From NCBI GenBank assembly GCA_963754875.1, contig CAVWHO010000011.1:1-64000 (forward strand): a stretch of 64,000 nucleotides of DNA, written 5' to 3'. Position numbers and translations under genes: made by a program. Source of the stretch: Nitrospirota bacterium. GTDB lineage: Bacteria; Nitrospirota; UBA9217. The notes under the pieces were generated by a model that saw only the letters and a list, made by a program, of their open reading frames with translations, had not been told where the DNA came from and made no database searches. The stretch's first letter is position 1, and each line of letters starts with the position of its first letter. Shown here in pieces: positions 40,974-50,524 of the stretch.

Positions 40974-41687
40974 TCAGCGGTCAAGGCTGAACTTGCGAAT
41001 ATGGCGTTTTTTTGCGCGGGCTGATGGCCCATCCTTGCCGTAACTGACCTCCAGCTCCGATTCCGACTTGAAGCGAAGGATGCTGCTGTCCATCTCAAGG
41101 TAACCGTCGGCGCAGCACCCTCCCCACTCGAACGGCTCGCCCTGGCAAATATCACTCACCAGTGCATCCGGTGGAGGTGACGGCGCACGGCCAAGTTTTT
41201 TGATCACATCGCGTTTCGTGTCAAGAACGTATAAACCGTCGGAAGAATCTATTCCTCCTATAAAAACAAGATATCTACCAGAGGGACTCGTTGCCGCGGA
41301 CAAAGCAATGTAGCCCGACCGGTCAAATGCCGATGGCTTGAATGAACTCCCGTCCTCGGCAAAATACTGAATTGAGCCCAGCGGCAGCCAGGCCCCTTTT
41401 TGGAAAATGCCGCCAATGATGTAGCAATGTGTCTTTGCGTTGTAGCCGAAACAGAACCACCGTCCATCGAACTCCGTACTCGAGAGTATTTCTCCATGAG
41501 GTTCTGAGTGCAAAACAAACTTGGTCCGGCCAATGCTCTGATCAAGACGCGGAATAGCGGGTATATTGATAAATGTGGATTGAAGGCTCGTTCGCGCGCC
41601 TTTGGCGCACTCGGCGGCGTAGCAAGTCGACGCAATCGCCGTGAAGAAAAATATGAAGGCAAGATACATTCTTAAGATCGTTGACAT
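40974..41687 (-). CDS. Secreted hypothetical protein
   Basis: 237 aa, signal peptide, SPSGRYLVF beta-propeller-like blade. Confidence 0.65.
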   Translation of the reverse strand: MSTILRMYLAFIFFFTAIASTCYAAECAKGARTSLQSTFINIPAIPRLDQSIGRTKFVLHSEPHGEILSSTEFDGRWFCFGYNAKTHCYIIGGIFQKGAWLPLGSIQYFAEDGSSFKPSAFDRSGYIALSAATSPSGRYLVFIGGIDSSDGLYVLDTKRDVIKKLGRAPSPPPDALVSDICQGEPFEWGGCCADGYLEMDSSILRFKSESELEVSYGKDGPSARAKKRHIRKFSLDR

Positions 41688-42029
41688 CCTGGGCGGTCTC
41701 CGTAAGCCGCTAACAAGGCCCGCTTATGGCTCTCTCGATTTTATTAATTTTGCAGGGTCAGCCCAATACGTCTAATATTCGTCGCTCGGTTATTGAAAAG
41801 AAACGATTGTTTTTCGACGAACGTAGCACGACGAATATTATTGAGTCAACGTAAATTTGCAATTTGAGGAGGGTATTTTAAGACATATGCGAACAAATAT
41901 ATCTTGAAATTTTATTGATCTGACAGGATGGAAACTTCAACAGCTTCAGACCTTATGATTAAAGTGGCAAGTCCGTCTTAAGGTATATTTGTGTCAGGCA
42001 GACAAAATAGTACCGAAAGGAGACTTGCC

Positions 42030-43100
42030 ATGAATAACCTTAGCAAACTGGATTTCACCGGTCAACACATTTATGTGGGGATGGATGTTCACCGAAAGAG
42101 CTGGAGCATCAGTATTATGACCGAACACAGCGCACATAAGACGTTCTCCCAGCCACCGGACCCTGTGCTCCTGAGCAACTATATGCAGCGAAACTTCCCC
42201 GGGGCAACCTATCATGCTGCTTACGAGGCCGGCTATTCCGGTTTCTGGATCCATGACCAACTCCGCGAGAAAGGCATCGAATGCATGGTAGTAAATCCTG
42301 CCGATGTCCCGACAAAAGACAAAGAACGCGCTGGCAAAACTGATAAAGTGGATTGCCGTAAGCTTGCCCGCTGCCTCAGGAACGGCGAGCTCGAAGGAAT
42401 CTATGTTCCTGCTCGAGTGAAGGTCGAAGACCGCGGTTTGCTCCGGACCCGACGCAACATGGTCAAAAAGCAGGTCCGTTGCAAAAACCAGATCAAGTCT
42501 CTGCTTGCCTTTTATGGTATCCATCTACCAAACGACATTGTTCACAGCAACTGGTCATATAAATTCATCCAATGGATTCAGAGCATTCAAATGGAACGGG
42601 CCAGCGGGAACTACGTTTTTAAAGTCTACCTCTATGAACTGGAACAACTTCGCAGAATCATCACTGCTTTGAACCGACAGATCCGCATCCTCGCCCGAAC
42701 AGATGAGTATAAGACCAATGTGCAGTTGTTAAGGACTGTTCCCGGCATCAGTACGCTTACTGCCATGACGCTTCTTACAGAATTATACAATATCGACCGG
42801 TTCCAGTCGCTCGATAAGCTCGCAAGCTATATTGGTCTTGTTCCTGACACAGACTCCAGCGGAGAGAAAGATACGACGAAGGGCATGACGAATCGAAAGA
42901 ACCGGTTTCTGCGATTCTTGATCATTGAAGATGCGTGGATCGCTGTACGGCAGGATCCGGCGCTTTTGATGGCTTTTGAGCGGCTTACGAAAAAGATGCC
43001 GAAAACCAGGGCCATTATCCATATAGCCAGGAAACTCTTGAACCGTATCAGATACGTTCTTAAGAACCAGAAGGAGTATGTGTCGGCAGTTGTTCAGTAA
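42030..43100 (+). CDS. IS110-family DEDD recombinase/transposase
   Basis: YVGMDVH, AYEAG, KTDKVD, TVPGIS, YIGLVP..DSSG (catalytic Ser region), IARKL; AAGGAG RBS. Confidence 0.95.
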   Translation: MNNLSKLDFTGQHIYVGMDVHRKSWSISIMTEHSAHKTFSQPPDPVLLSNYMQRNFPGATYHAAYEAGYSGFWIHDQLREKGIECMVVNPADVPTKDKERAGKTDKVDCRKLARCLRNGELEGIYVPARVKVEDRGLLRTRRNMVKKQVRCKNQIKSLLAFYGIHLPNDIVHSNWSYKFIQWIQSIQMERASGNYVFKVYLYELEQLRRIITALNRQIRILARTDEYKTNVQLLRTVPGISTLTAMTLLTELYNIDRFQSLDKLASYIGLVPDTDSSGEKDTTKGMTNRKNRFLRFLIIEDAWIAVRQDPALLMAFERLTKKMPKTRAIIHIARKLLNRIRYVLKNQKEYVSAVVQ

Positions 43101-43346
43101 CTTACGGGATTGTGCTGGGACGAATGATCTTTATAGACCTAGTTCATCGTGGGTAACGCTTTCTTTCTTCCTGCAGCCGGATGCATTGTGTCTGCTTACT
43201 TCAGACTGCGTACCCACACTTTAAAACATGACCGAGGAAATGCAGCTGCCTTTATGCTGTAGGCATGTCTGCTGATAAAAGGTTGGTTTTAAAGACTTGT
43301 TCGTCCTGAGAACAAAACCGAAGAAGGGATTACTACGCCAAAAGTA
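43101..43346 (+). ncRNA. Candidate bridge RNA (seekRNA); ends approximate
   Basis: Two stem/internal-loop/stem domains (43149-43217 and 43219-43294) whose loops match the insertion-site flanks and the element end. Confidence 0.7.
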
Positions 43347-43467
43347 GACTTGACCTTTAACATAAAAGGAAGTTTATCAGAGCTAAACGGATCTATTATG
43401 CACATCCATTCAGTTTAGAGAATGCGCGAGATAGAGGATGAAAGAATTCCTCAACAATAAGACATAC

Positions 43468-44389
43468 TTATTTGGACAGCTTTGCAGTAAAGGCGGGAAC
43501 GAACTGCATCACATCGGCCACTACCATCACATCCGCTACTTCGCCGATAGGCGCGTCCTTGTCCTTGTTGATGGCAACTACAAACTCGGAATTCTTCATC
43601 CCGGCCAAATGCTGAATGGCCCCGGAAATGCCGCACGCCACGTAGATCTTCGGCGCCACGGTCTGGCCGGTGGTCCCGACCTGGTGGCTGTGCTCGAGCC
43701 ATCCCGCATCGACCACCGGACGGCTCGCCCCGAGTTGCCCGCCCAGGGCCTTGGCCAGCGCGGCGATGATTGCCACATTTTCTTTTTTCCCGACTCCTCT
43801 GCCGGCGCTGACGATCACCTCTGCGCGCGACAGGTCTACTTCTTTTTTCTGCGGCGGCTCATAGCCGACGAATTCCATAGCCGAAACAGCGTCAGCGAGG
43901 TCGATCTTTTCCACCTGCGGGTTCCCCTGCGGCTTCTCCGCTGAAGTTGAAGGCCCCGGCTTGAATGGTGAGGACCGTCTTCCCCGTCTGCGAGATGACG
44001 GTCCGCCGCAGTTTGGCATTGCAGAGGCCGACTTCGAATTTTCCTTCGTTGATTCCGACGATTTCGGAAACCTGTCCGACCTTGAGCGCCGCGGCCACCC
44101 GCGGGGCCAGGTCCCAGCCATAGGAGGAATGGAGAAAAACGATACAGTCGGGGTTTTCCCGCTTGACTGCTTCAAGCACGATCTTGTTTGTGCAGATCCG
44201 GATTGTACTCTCCGTATTTTTTGGCATCGGCAAAATAGAGTTTGCAGTTGACCCTGGGGAGCTTCCGCTTCGCTCCCGATCAGGACCATTGCCTTGTCAG
44301 CCCCCAGCTTGTCGGCAAAAGCCACGAGTTCATAGCTGGAAGTCAAGGAGGTTTCCTTCCCGGTATTCGCAAATCAGCAGTGCTTTCAT
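43468..44389 (-). CDS. etfA: Electron transfer flavoprotein alpha subunit (several apparent indels)
   Basis: VIVSAGRG, GASRPVVDAGW, QVGTTG, GISGAIQH, AINKD. Confidence 0.93.
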
Positions 44390-44428
44390 TCGATCCTCCT
44401 AACCCGGTCAAACTCAAAAACAGGATTT

Positions 44429-44544
44429 TAACCACAGGCGCCTTTGGCGCACACGGTTAGATTCGAGTCATGGGGTTTTTTGTTGCGACAGGTTTCCCTA
44501 CTACTGTGTTCATCTGTGCGTCCCGTACTCGGGACCCGTGGTTA
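44429..44544. repeat. Degenerate GxxExxY-type inverted-repeat element with nested mini-hairpins
   Basis: TAACCACAG[GCGCCTTTGGCGC]ACACGGT ... ACTGTGTTCATCTGTGC[GTCCCGTACTCGGGAC]CCGTGGTTA in the etfB-etfA gap. Confidence 0.65.
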
Positions 44545-44592
44545 CATCCAGGTTGTCTTTTTGTGTCTTTTCTACCTCATTGTGAAAATTTT

Positions 44593-45372
44593 TTACTTCA
44601 CTACCGTGGTTTTCTCTTTTAAAATGACGAGGAGCCGCTCAGCCATATCGTTCACGTCGCTTTCAAGGAGAATGCCGCTCCCTTTCCTCGCAGGCGCATA
44701 GGCACTGGCCGTGGCAGTCATTTCCTTCTCTTGAAGAAAATCGGTAATTGGGAAAACAAGGAGCTCCTTCTTCTTCGCCTTCATGATATTGGGAAGGGTC
44801 GGATAGCGGGGCGTATTGAGCCCGAGCTGGCAGGTAACCAGCGCCGGCAGGCTGAACTTCACCGCTGCTTTCACGCCCCCCTCCAGTTCCCGCTTTGCGG
44901 TGACGATGCCGTCTGTCGATAGGCAAAACCGACGACTGTAGTGACGCACGTGATGCCCAAGAGTTCTGCTACGATGGCGCCGACCTGAGCGGAACCGCGG
45001 TCCTGGGACTGCATGCCGGTGAAGATGAGGTCGAAGTTTTTGTCGCGGCCAAATCCGGCTATGGTGGAAGCGATCTGCCACGGATCTTTTTGATAGGAGG
45101 CATTGTCCTGGATGTGGACACCCGCGGTCGCACCCCATGGCCAGGGCCTTCTTGATCGGCTCGACGAGCCGGTCAGGCCCGATGGAGAGTACGGTAATGT
45201 CCGGCTCGTTGCCGAGCTTTTCCTTGACTTGCACCGCCTGCTCAACAGCATATTCATCGTACTCGTTCATCCTGAAAGCCAGGTCAGTCTCGTCATACCA
45301 GACGTTGTCCTTGTTGACCTTAAACCGGGATGCCATGTCAGGCACCTGCTTGATGCAAACCAGTATCTTCAT
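44593..45372 (-). CDS. etfB: Electron transfer flavoprotein beta subunit (two apparent indels)
   Basis: MKILVCIKQVPD, ALAMG, GMQSQD, RELEGG, NTPRYP. Confidence 0.93.
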   Translation of the reverse strand: MKILVCIKQVPDMASRFKVNKDNVWYDETDLAFRMNEYDEYAVEQAVQVKEKLGNEPDITVLSIGPDRLVEPIKKALAMGCDRGCPHPGQCLLSKRSVADRFHHSRIWPRQKLRPHLHRHAVPGPRFRSGRRHRSRTLGHHVRHYSRRFCLSTDGIVTAKRELEGGVKAAVKFSLPALVTCQLGLNTPRYPTLPNIMKAKKKELLVFPITDFLQEKEMTATASAYAPARKGSGILLESDVNDMAERLLVILKEKTTVVK

Positions 45373-45373
45373 C

Positions 45374-47359
45374 CTATCCTCCGATTCGTGCGGCGACAAT
45401 CTCAGCCAGATCAAGCGCCTTCAACTTTCCTTCAGCGTCTCCGGTTTTTATTCCATCCTCGATCATGGTGAGACAGAAGGGACAGTTGGAAACAAGCAGC
45501 GGGGCTCCCGTTGCCTGGGCCATTTTTACCCGTGCCACGTTGATTCTCGTCCCGAGCTTCTCCTCGGCCAGAATCCTGCCCCCGCCAGCGCCGCAGCAGA
45601 AGCTTTCGTAGCCTGACTGCTCCATCTCCGTGATCTGCCCGCCTGCCGCCTTGAGAACAGCGCGCGGTTCAACAAAGATGTCCTTGTAGCGCCCCAGGTA
45701 GCAGGAGTCATGGTAGGTGAATTCGAACGACTCCGGTTTGAGCTTCAGCCTGTTGCCGCTGATCAGGCCGTTCACGAAGGTGCTGTAGTGCTCAACATCA
45801 ATCTCCAGCCCGAGGTCCTTGTAATCTCTGCCCAGGGTATTGAAGCAGTGGGGGCAGGTCGTGACGATCTTCTTAACCCCGTACTTCTTGATCACTTCGA
45901 TGTTCTGGGCTGCCACGGTCTGGTAGAGATACTCGTTCCCCATCTTTCGCACTGGTTCGCCGCAGCATTTCTCTTCCTTGCCGAGAATGCCGACCCGGAT
46001 GTTTGCTCCGTTGCAGATCTTGACGAAGCTCCGGGCAATCTCCCGGTTTCTCTTGTCAAAGGAAGCATAACACCCCGCGAAGTAGAGTACGTCCACGTCG
46101 TTGTCCTGCTCCATGATTTTCACGTCGAGCCCTGCGGCCCAGTCGCCGCGGCTGGCGAAGGCGAGTCCGAAGGGGTTGCCGTTCACCTCGATATTGTTGA
46201 CAGCGGTCCGCACCTCGTCGCCGGGGAAGGACCCCTGCATCAGAGAGAGGTTGCGCCGCATTTCGAGGATCTTGTTCACCTGCTCGACACTTGCCGGACA
46301 GATCTCCTGGCATGCTCGGCAGGTGGTGCAGGCCCAGAGGCTGTCCGCGCCGATTGTCTCAACCAGGTCTGCCCCGGGATTGGTGAAAGCCACGTCGCCG
46401 ATCTGCTTTACTATTTTCATGGGAGACAGGGGCTTCCCGGTTACATGGGCCGGGCACCGGTCCTGGCAGCGCTTGCAGGAGGTGCAGGCGTCGGCATCGA
46501 AGATATCTTTCCAGGAGAGATCGGAGACCTTGGCTGCGCCGAACTGACCAGTGCCCTCGTCTTCGAGGTTGATCGTGGCGATCGATCCTTTGGGCGCCAG
46601 ATCAGTGAACAGGTAATTGGCAGAGGTGGTGAAGATGTGCCGCAGTTTTGTGGAGGGGATGATCGCGATAAAACTCATTGCCAGCAGAAGGTGGACCCAC
46701 CAGAGCAGCTTATGAACAAGAGACAGGGCTTCGGAAGTCATGCCAAGGAAAAGCTTCCCGATGACCATGCCGAAAGGAGAAAAGAGCGCCAGGTCTGGAT
46801 TAGTTCTGAGCTCGGTAGCGGCCATCCGCACTCCTTCAATAACGAAACCGGTCACGAGGATGGTAAACAGCAGGCCGTGTATTACATAATCATCTCTTAT
46901 GGTTTCCAAACCTTCAGGCTTGATGAAGAAGCGGCGAACAAGCAACCCGCCGAGCATAAGGATTCCGACAAAGCCGGCTGCATCGAGAGCGAGCGAGAAT
47001 ATTTTGTAAAAAGATCCTTTGAGGAAGGCCAGCCCGAGAACGGGCTGGGTGAAATCCACCTGGGCCATGACGAGGAGCGTGCCGATAAAGAGTATGCCGA
47101 AGCTCCAAAAGAAAAAGGCGTGAAAGAACCCGGGGCCAGGCACGCGGAGCACCCGCACCTGGGCGATCATGTTCTTCAGGAACAGCAAAATTCTCTCAGG
47201 CAGGCGATCGAACCTGTTCAGCGCCTTTCCCTGGCGGTATACGGCGAAACGGCGGTAAAAGCCGTAGAGAAACGCAGCAACAGCAAGAGCAAAGATGAAG
47301 TACATGGGCACTACGACGCCGTGCCCTACATTCCAGTATATTTCCCGGGTAGCTTCCAT
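45374..47359 (-). CDS. fadF: Membrane Fe-S oxidoreductase, FadF/ETF:menaquinone oxidoreductase-like
   Basis: TM domain with His residues, two CxxCxxCxxxCP motifs, CCG domains (KCCGEP, CCGAGGG, CPFC); directly upstream of etfBA. Confidence 0.8.
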   Translation of the reverse strand: MEATREIYWNVGHGVVVPMYFIFALAVAAFLYGFYRRFAVYRQGKALNRFDRLPERILLFLKNMIAQVRVLRVPGPGFFHAFFFWSFGILFIGTLLVMAQVDFTQPVLGLAFLKGSFYKIFSLALDAAGFVGILMLGGLLVRRFFIKPEGLETIRDDYVIHGLLFTILVTGFVIEGVRMAATELRTNPDLALFSPFGMVIGKLFLGMTSEALSLVHKLLWWVHLLLAMSFIAIIPSTKLRHIFTTSANYLFTDLAPKGSIATINLEDEGTGQFGAAKVSDLSWKDIFDADACTSCKRCQDRCPAHVTGKPLSPMKIVKQIGDVAFTNPGADLVETIGADSLWACTTCRACQEICPASVEQVNKILEMRRNLSLMQGSFPGDEVRTAVNNIEVNGNPFGLAFASRGDWAAGLDVKIMEQDNDVDVLYFAGCYASFDKRNREIARSFVKICNGANIRVGILGKEEKCCGEPVRKMGNEYLYQTVAAQNIEVIKKYGVKKIVTTCPHCFNTLGRDYKDLGLEIDVEHYSTFVNGLISGNRLKLKPESFEFTYHDSCYLGRYKDIFVEPRAVLKAAGGQITEMEQSGYESFCCGAGGGRILAEEKLGTRINVARVKMAQATGAPLLVSNCPFCLTMIEDGIKTGDAEGKLKALDLAEIVAARIGG

Positions 47360-47428
47360 AGGAGTGCTCCTTAAAGCCGGTTACGAGTAAGCTGATCTCT
47401 TGACAAGTTTCGTGAGTAAGTATATCTA

Positions 47429-47482
47429 TTGACGAATTTATTTCCCAGGAGTACTATAATTACGCTTAACGTTAATGTCAAC
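47429..47482. promoter_or_regulatory. Overlapping divergent sigma70 promoters with a palindromic operator
   Basis: Minus: TTGACA(47481-47476)-17-TATAGT; plus: TTGACG(47429)-17-TACTAT; operator TTGACATTAACGTTAA (47466-47481, minus). Confidence 0.7.
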
Positions 47483-47549
47483 TATAAAGCCCTCATCGTT
47501 TGACTTTAGCCGTTGCCGATAATCCATCAATCTCCTTTAAAGGTAAAAC

Positions 47550-47945
47550 ATGAAACTCAGTTCAGTTGAATACATGCAGATCAGCGAACTTGCCAAGGCA
47601 CTGCATATCACCACCAGGACCATCCGGCTCTATGAGCAGATGGGGCTGGTTGAACCCCCGAAGAGGACCGAGGGAGGCATACGCGTCTATGATAAAGCCG
47701 ATATCACACGGTTCAAGTTCGTTCTCAAGTTGAAGACCTTGGGACTCTCCCTGCAGGAGATGAAGGAATTGGCCGACCTCTACTCAAGGGAACAGCTCCC
47801 CGAAAAGATAATGCCGCGCCTGATCGAGCTGCTCGATTCCCACCTTGACAATATCAGGAAGAGGGTCGCCCAGCTGCGGTCCCTCGAAACCGACATCGCC
47901 AAATACAAGCAGAAAATCTTCGATTATTACCACCTTCCTCGCTAG
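47550..47945 (+). CDS. MerR-family transcriptional regulator
   Basis: ISELAK...TTRTIRLYEQMGL...RVY, LGLSLQEM; no metal-binding Cys. Confidence 0.92.
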   Translation: MKLSSVEYMQISELAKALHITTRTIRLYEQMGLVEPPKRTEGGIRVYDKADITRFKFVLKLKTLGLSLQEMKELADLYSREQLPEKIMPRLIELLDSHLDNIRKRVAQLRSLETDIAKYKQKIFDYYHLPR

Positions 47946-48031
47946 GGTGCCAGCGTCGCCCAAAATGTGAACCGGCCAATCCAAGATATTTTTTGCACAG
48001 AAAAAGTCTCCCCTACGTTTTGCATATCCGT

Positions 48032-48421
48032 TCACGCCATAGCGCGCAAACGTTCCGGCACCGCAACCGGTTTTTTCTTGACGCTGTCGACGCAGACCAT
48101 CGTGGTTACAGCATTGGCAAATATTCTGTCATCATTATCATGAATGTGGTAAGTAAGATCGAAACTCGTAGCGCCGATGCGGCTCACCCACGCTGAGACC
48201 ACTACCGTGTCACTCAGGAGGATAGGGTATTTGTAGTCACACTCTGCCCTGCCCACGACAATAAATATCCCCTGGTCAGTCAGCTCCTGAAAAGCCTCCA
48301 TGAATAGCTTTATCCGGGCGGTTTCCAGGTAGGTAAAATAGACTGCGCTATTCACGTGGCCGTAGAGATCGAGGTCGGAGAACCGGAGATCAATGGAGGT
48401 GGAGTATCGCTTTGTCATCAA
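48032..48421 (-). CDS. Acyl-CoA thioesterase (YbgC/FadM hotdog family)
   Basis: RFSDLDLYGHVNSAVYFTYLETAR. Confidence 0.9.
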   Translation of the reverse strand: MMTKRYSTSIDLRFSDLDLYGHVNSAVYFTYLETARIKLFMEAFQELTDQGIFIVVGRAECDYKYPILLSDTVVVSAWVSRIGATSFDLTYHIHDNDDRIFANAVTTMVCVDSVKKKPVAVPERLRAMA

Positions 48422-48490
48422 CAGCTCCTTTCTATCTGGGTCGAGATCACGAACAACACTTGCGCAGGGGTGGTCAATACTGGCAGTCTT

Positions 48491-50494
48491 TCAACTGATC
48501 CCTGTACCAACAGCAAACCCTCGGTGGACCGCATCGAAGACCGTGCCCGGCGTGTCGGCATCTCCTGCAATTCGAAAAGGGATACCTTTCTTCACTATCA
48601 ATTCCTGGATCGGGTTAAAGGCCCTTGTTCCAACAGCAAGGACAACCGTATCCGTAGGAATTTCTTCGACTCCTGCCGTGCTTTCTACGCGCACGTGAGC
48701 GGCAGTGATCTCGAGGACGCGGACACTCGTTTTCGTCCGTACGCCGAAACGCTCCACGTCCTGGAGCATGCCCCACCGTGTGGTCTTGCCGAAATTTTTT
48801 CCCAATTCATCGATCACCTCGATCACGGTCACTTCTTTGGTCCCCCGTACTGCCAACCCATAGAGACTGTCCGTGGACTCGGCTTCATGGACCAGGAGAA
48901 ATTTAAGCGCCTCGCCGGAAAGGGTCCCTTTCGCCGCCAGAAAGAGTGCTGTTTCAATTCCCACTGCTCCGCCGCCGATGACCACGACCTGTCGGCCAGT
49001 ATGAACTCTCCCGGACAACACGTCCCAGGCCTGTACGACGTGACGAAGCTCTACGCCCGGGATAGAAGGAACGATGGGTGCTCCGCCTGTGGCCAGCACA
49101 ACAATGTCAGGCTTCACTTGGTTCAGGAGCGCGGCATCGACCTCCTGGTTGAGGACAACCGAGACCCCATGGACTGCAAGCTGCCTTGAGAGGTCATGCA
49201 CAAGCCCGAGGAATTCCTCACGCCCGGGAGCAGCCCCGGCCAGATGAAGCTGGCCGCCGAGCCTGCCACTCCTTTCGTAGATCGTCACCTGGTGGCCGCA
49301 ACGGGCTGCGCCTGCTGCCGCACTCATACCGGCCGCTCCGCCACCGATCACCATGACCTTCTGCGGTTTATCGGTCTTTTCGATCACCGTTTCGAGCTCG
49401 TGGCCAGCCCGAGGATTGCAGAGGCACTCAACATGCTTCATCTTGAAGAGATTGTCAAAGCAGCCCTGACCGCAGGCCACGCAATGAACAATATCCTGTT
49501 CTCTTCCTGTCCGGGCCTTTTCCGGTAACTGAGGATCGGCAATGAGGGCCCTGCCCATGGCAACTACGTCGCAAACGCCGTCCTCCAGCATTTCCCTGGC
49601 CACAACAGGATCATTGATACGGTGACTGGCGATGATCGGGACGTTTACACGTTCTTTGATTCCCCGGGCCAGATAGGCAAAAACTCCGCGCGGGACCTCA
49701 GCCGCGATCTGGGGGACCTTGGCCTCATGCCATCCCACATTGACGCAGAGGGCATCTGCGCCGACCTCTGTGAGACGGACTGCGTACTCCTGCAGCTCAA
49801 TACGACTCGTCCCCCCCTGCATGAACTCGTTGCCGTTCAGCCTGACGACGAGCGGGAAGTTCGCGCCCACGGAGTCCCTGACCGCCTTTAGCACCTCAAG
49901 ACCGAACCGCACCCGGTTCTCGAAGGAGCCGCCGTATCCATCCGTGCGTTTGTTAGTGAGCGGAGAGAGGAATTCGCTGATCAGATAGCCGGTACCTGAG
50001 AGAATTTCTACGGCATCGAACCCTGCTTGCTTGACCCGTTGCGCCGCCTGTGCGAAACTCGTAACGATCCCGTGGATTTCATCAACTGTCAGTTCGCGGG
50101 GAGTTTCCCGGGTGAGCCGCGATGCTACGGCCGAAGGTGCTACGGGCTGCCTGCTGCCGAGAAACAGGGAATAATTATACCGTCCTGCGTGGTTTAATTG
50201 TACAGATGACCGGGCGCCGTTGTCCCTGATAGCTGTTGCCAGGCGGGCAAGACCGGGGATGAACACGTCTTGATGGGCGCCGATATTCCCCGGGTTGCCG
50301 GAAAGTTCATCCACCGTGGCGTAGCCCACGGTGATCATCCCGGCTCCACCGCGTCCCCGCTCGGCGTAGAACGCAACCAGCTGGTCGGTCACGGCGAACT
50401 TCCTCGCCATGTTCAAGTGCATGGCCGGCATGAAAATGCGGTTTTTCACCTGAAGGCCGTTGATCGTGATTGGTTGAAAGAGCGGGTCATTCAT
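48491..50494 (-). CDS. fadH: 2,4-dienoyl-CoA reductase (OYE barrel with FAD and Fe-S)
   Basis: QLNHAGRY, GYLISEFLSP, GWHEAKVP, CVACGQGCFD, GGGAAG. Confidence 0.85.
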   Translation of the reverse strand: MNDPLFQPITINGLQVKNRIFMPAMHLNMARKFAVTDQLVAFYAERGRGGAGMITVGYATVDELSGNPGNIGAHQDVFIPGLARLATAIRDNGARSSVQLNHAGRYNYSLFLGSRQPVAPSAVASRLTRETPRELTVDEIHGIVTSFAQAAQRVKQAGFDAVEILSGTGYLISEFLSPLTNKRTDGYGGSFENRVRFGLEVLKAVRDSVGANFPLVVRLNGNEFMQGGTSRIELQEYAVRLTEVGADALCVNVGWHEAKVPQIAAEVPRGVFAYLARGIKERVNVPIIASHRINDPVVAREMLEDGVCDVVAMGRALIADPQLPEKARTGREQDIVHCVACGQGCFDNLFKMKHVECLCNPRAGHELETVIEKTDKPQKVMVIGGGAAGMSAAAGAARCGHQVTIYERSGRLGGQLHLAGAAPGREEFLGLVHDLSRQLAVHGVSVVLNQEVDAALLNQVKPDIVVLATGGAPIVPSIPGVELRHVVQAWDVLSGRVHTGRQVVVIGGGAVGIETALFLAAKGTLSGEALKFLLVHEAESTDSLYGLAVRGTKEVTVIEVIDELGKNFGKTTRWGMLQDVERFGVRTKTSVRVLEITAAHVRVESTAGVEEIPTDTVVLAVGTRAFNPIQELIVKKGIPFRIAGDADTPGTVFDAVHRGFAVGTGIS

Positions 50495-50524
50495 GATTTG
50501 TCTCCGCGATGTGCGGTTTCTGCT

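Larger units (their letters stand above)
41950..43368 (+). mobile_element. IS110-family element, IS1111-like (subterminal inverted repeats, long right non-coding end)
   Basis: Imperfect IRs TTATGATTAAAGTGGCAAGTC (41953-41973) and GACTTGACCTTTAACATAA (43347-43365); AG core at 41948-41949 and 43367-43368. Confidence 0.75.

Noticed and set aside
45710..47374. Long antisense ORFs (554 aa here; also 15666-16658, 20863-21801, 53495-54514 and others)
   Set aside because: Shadow ORFs opposite well-supported genes in GC-rich DNA, with no recognisable motifs
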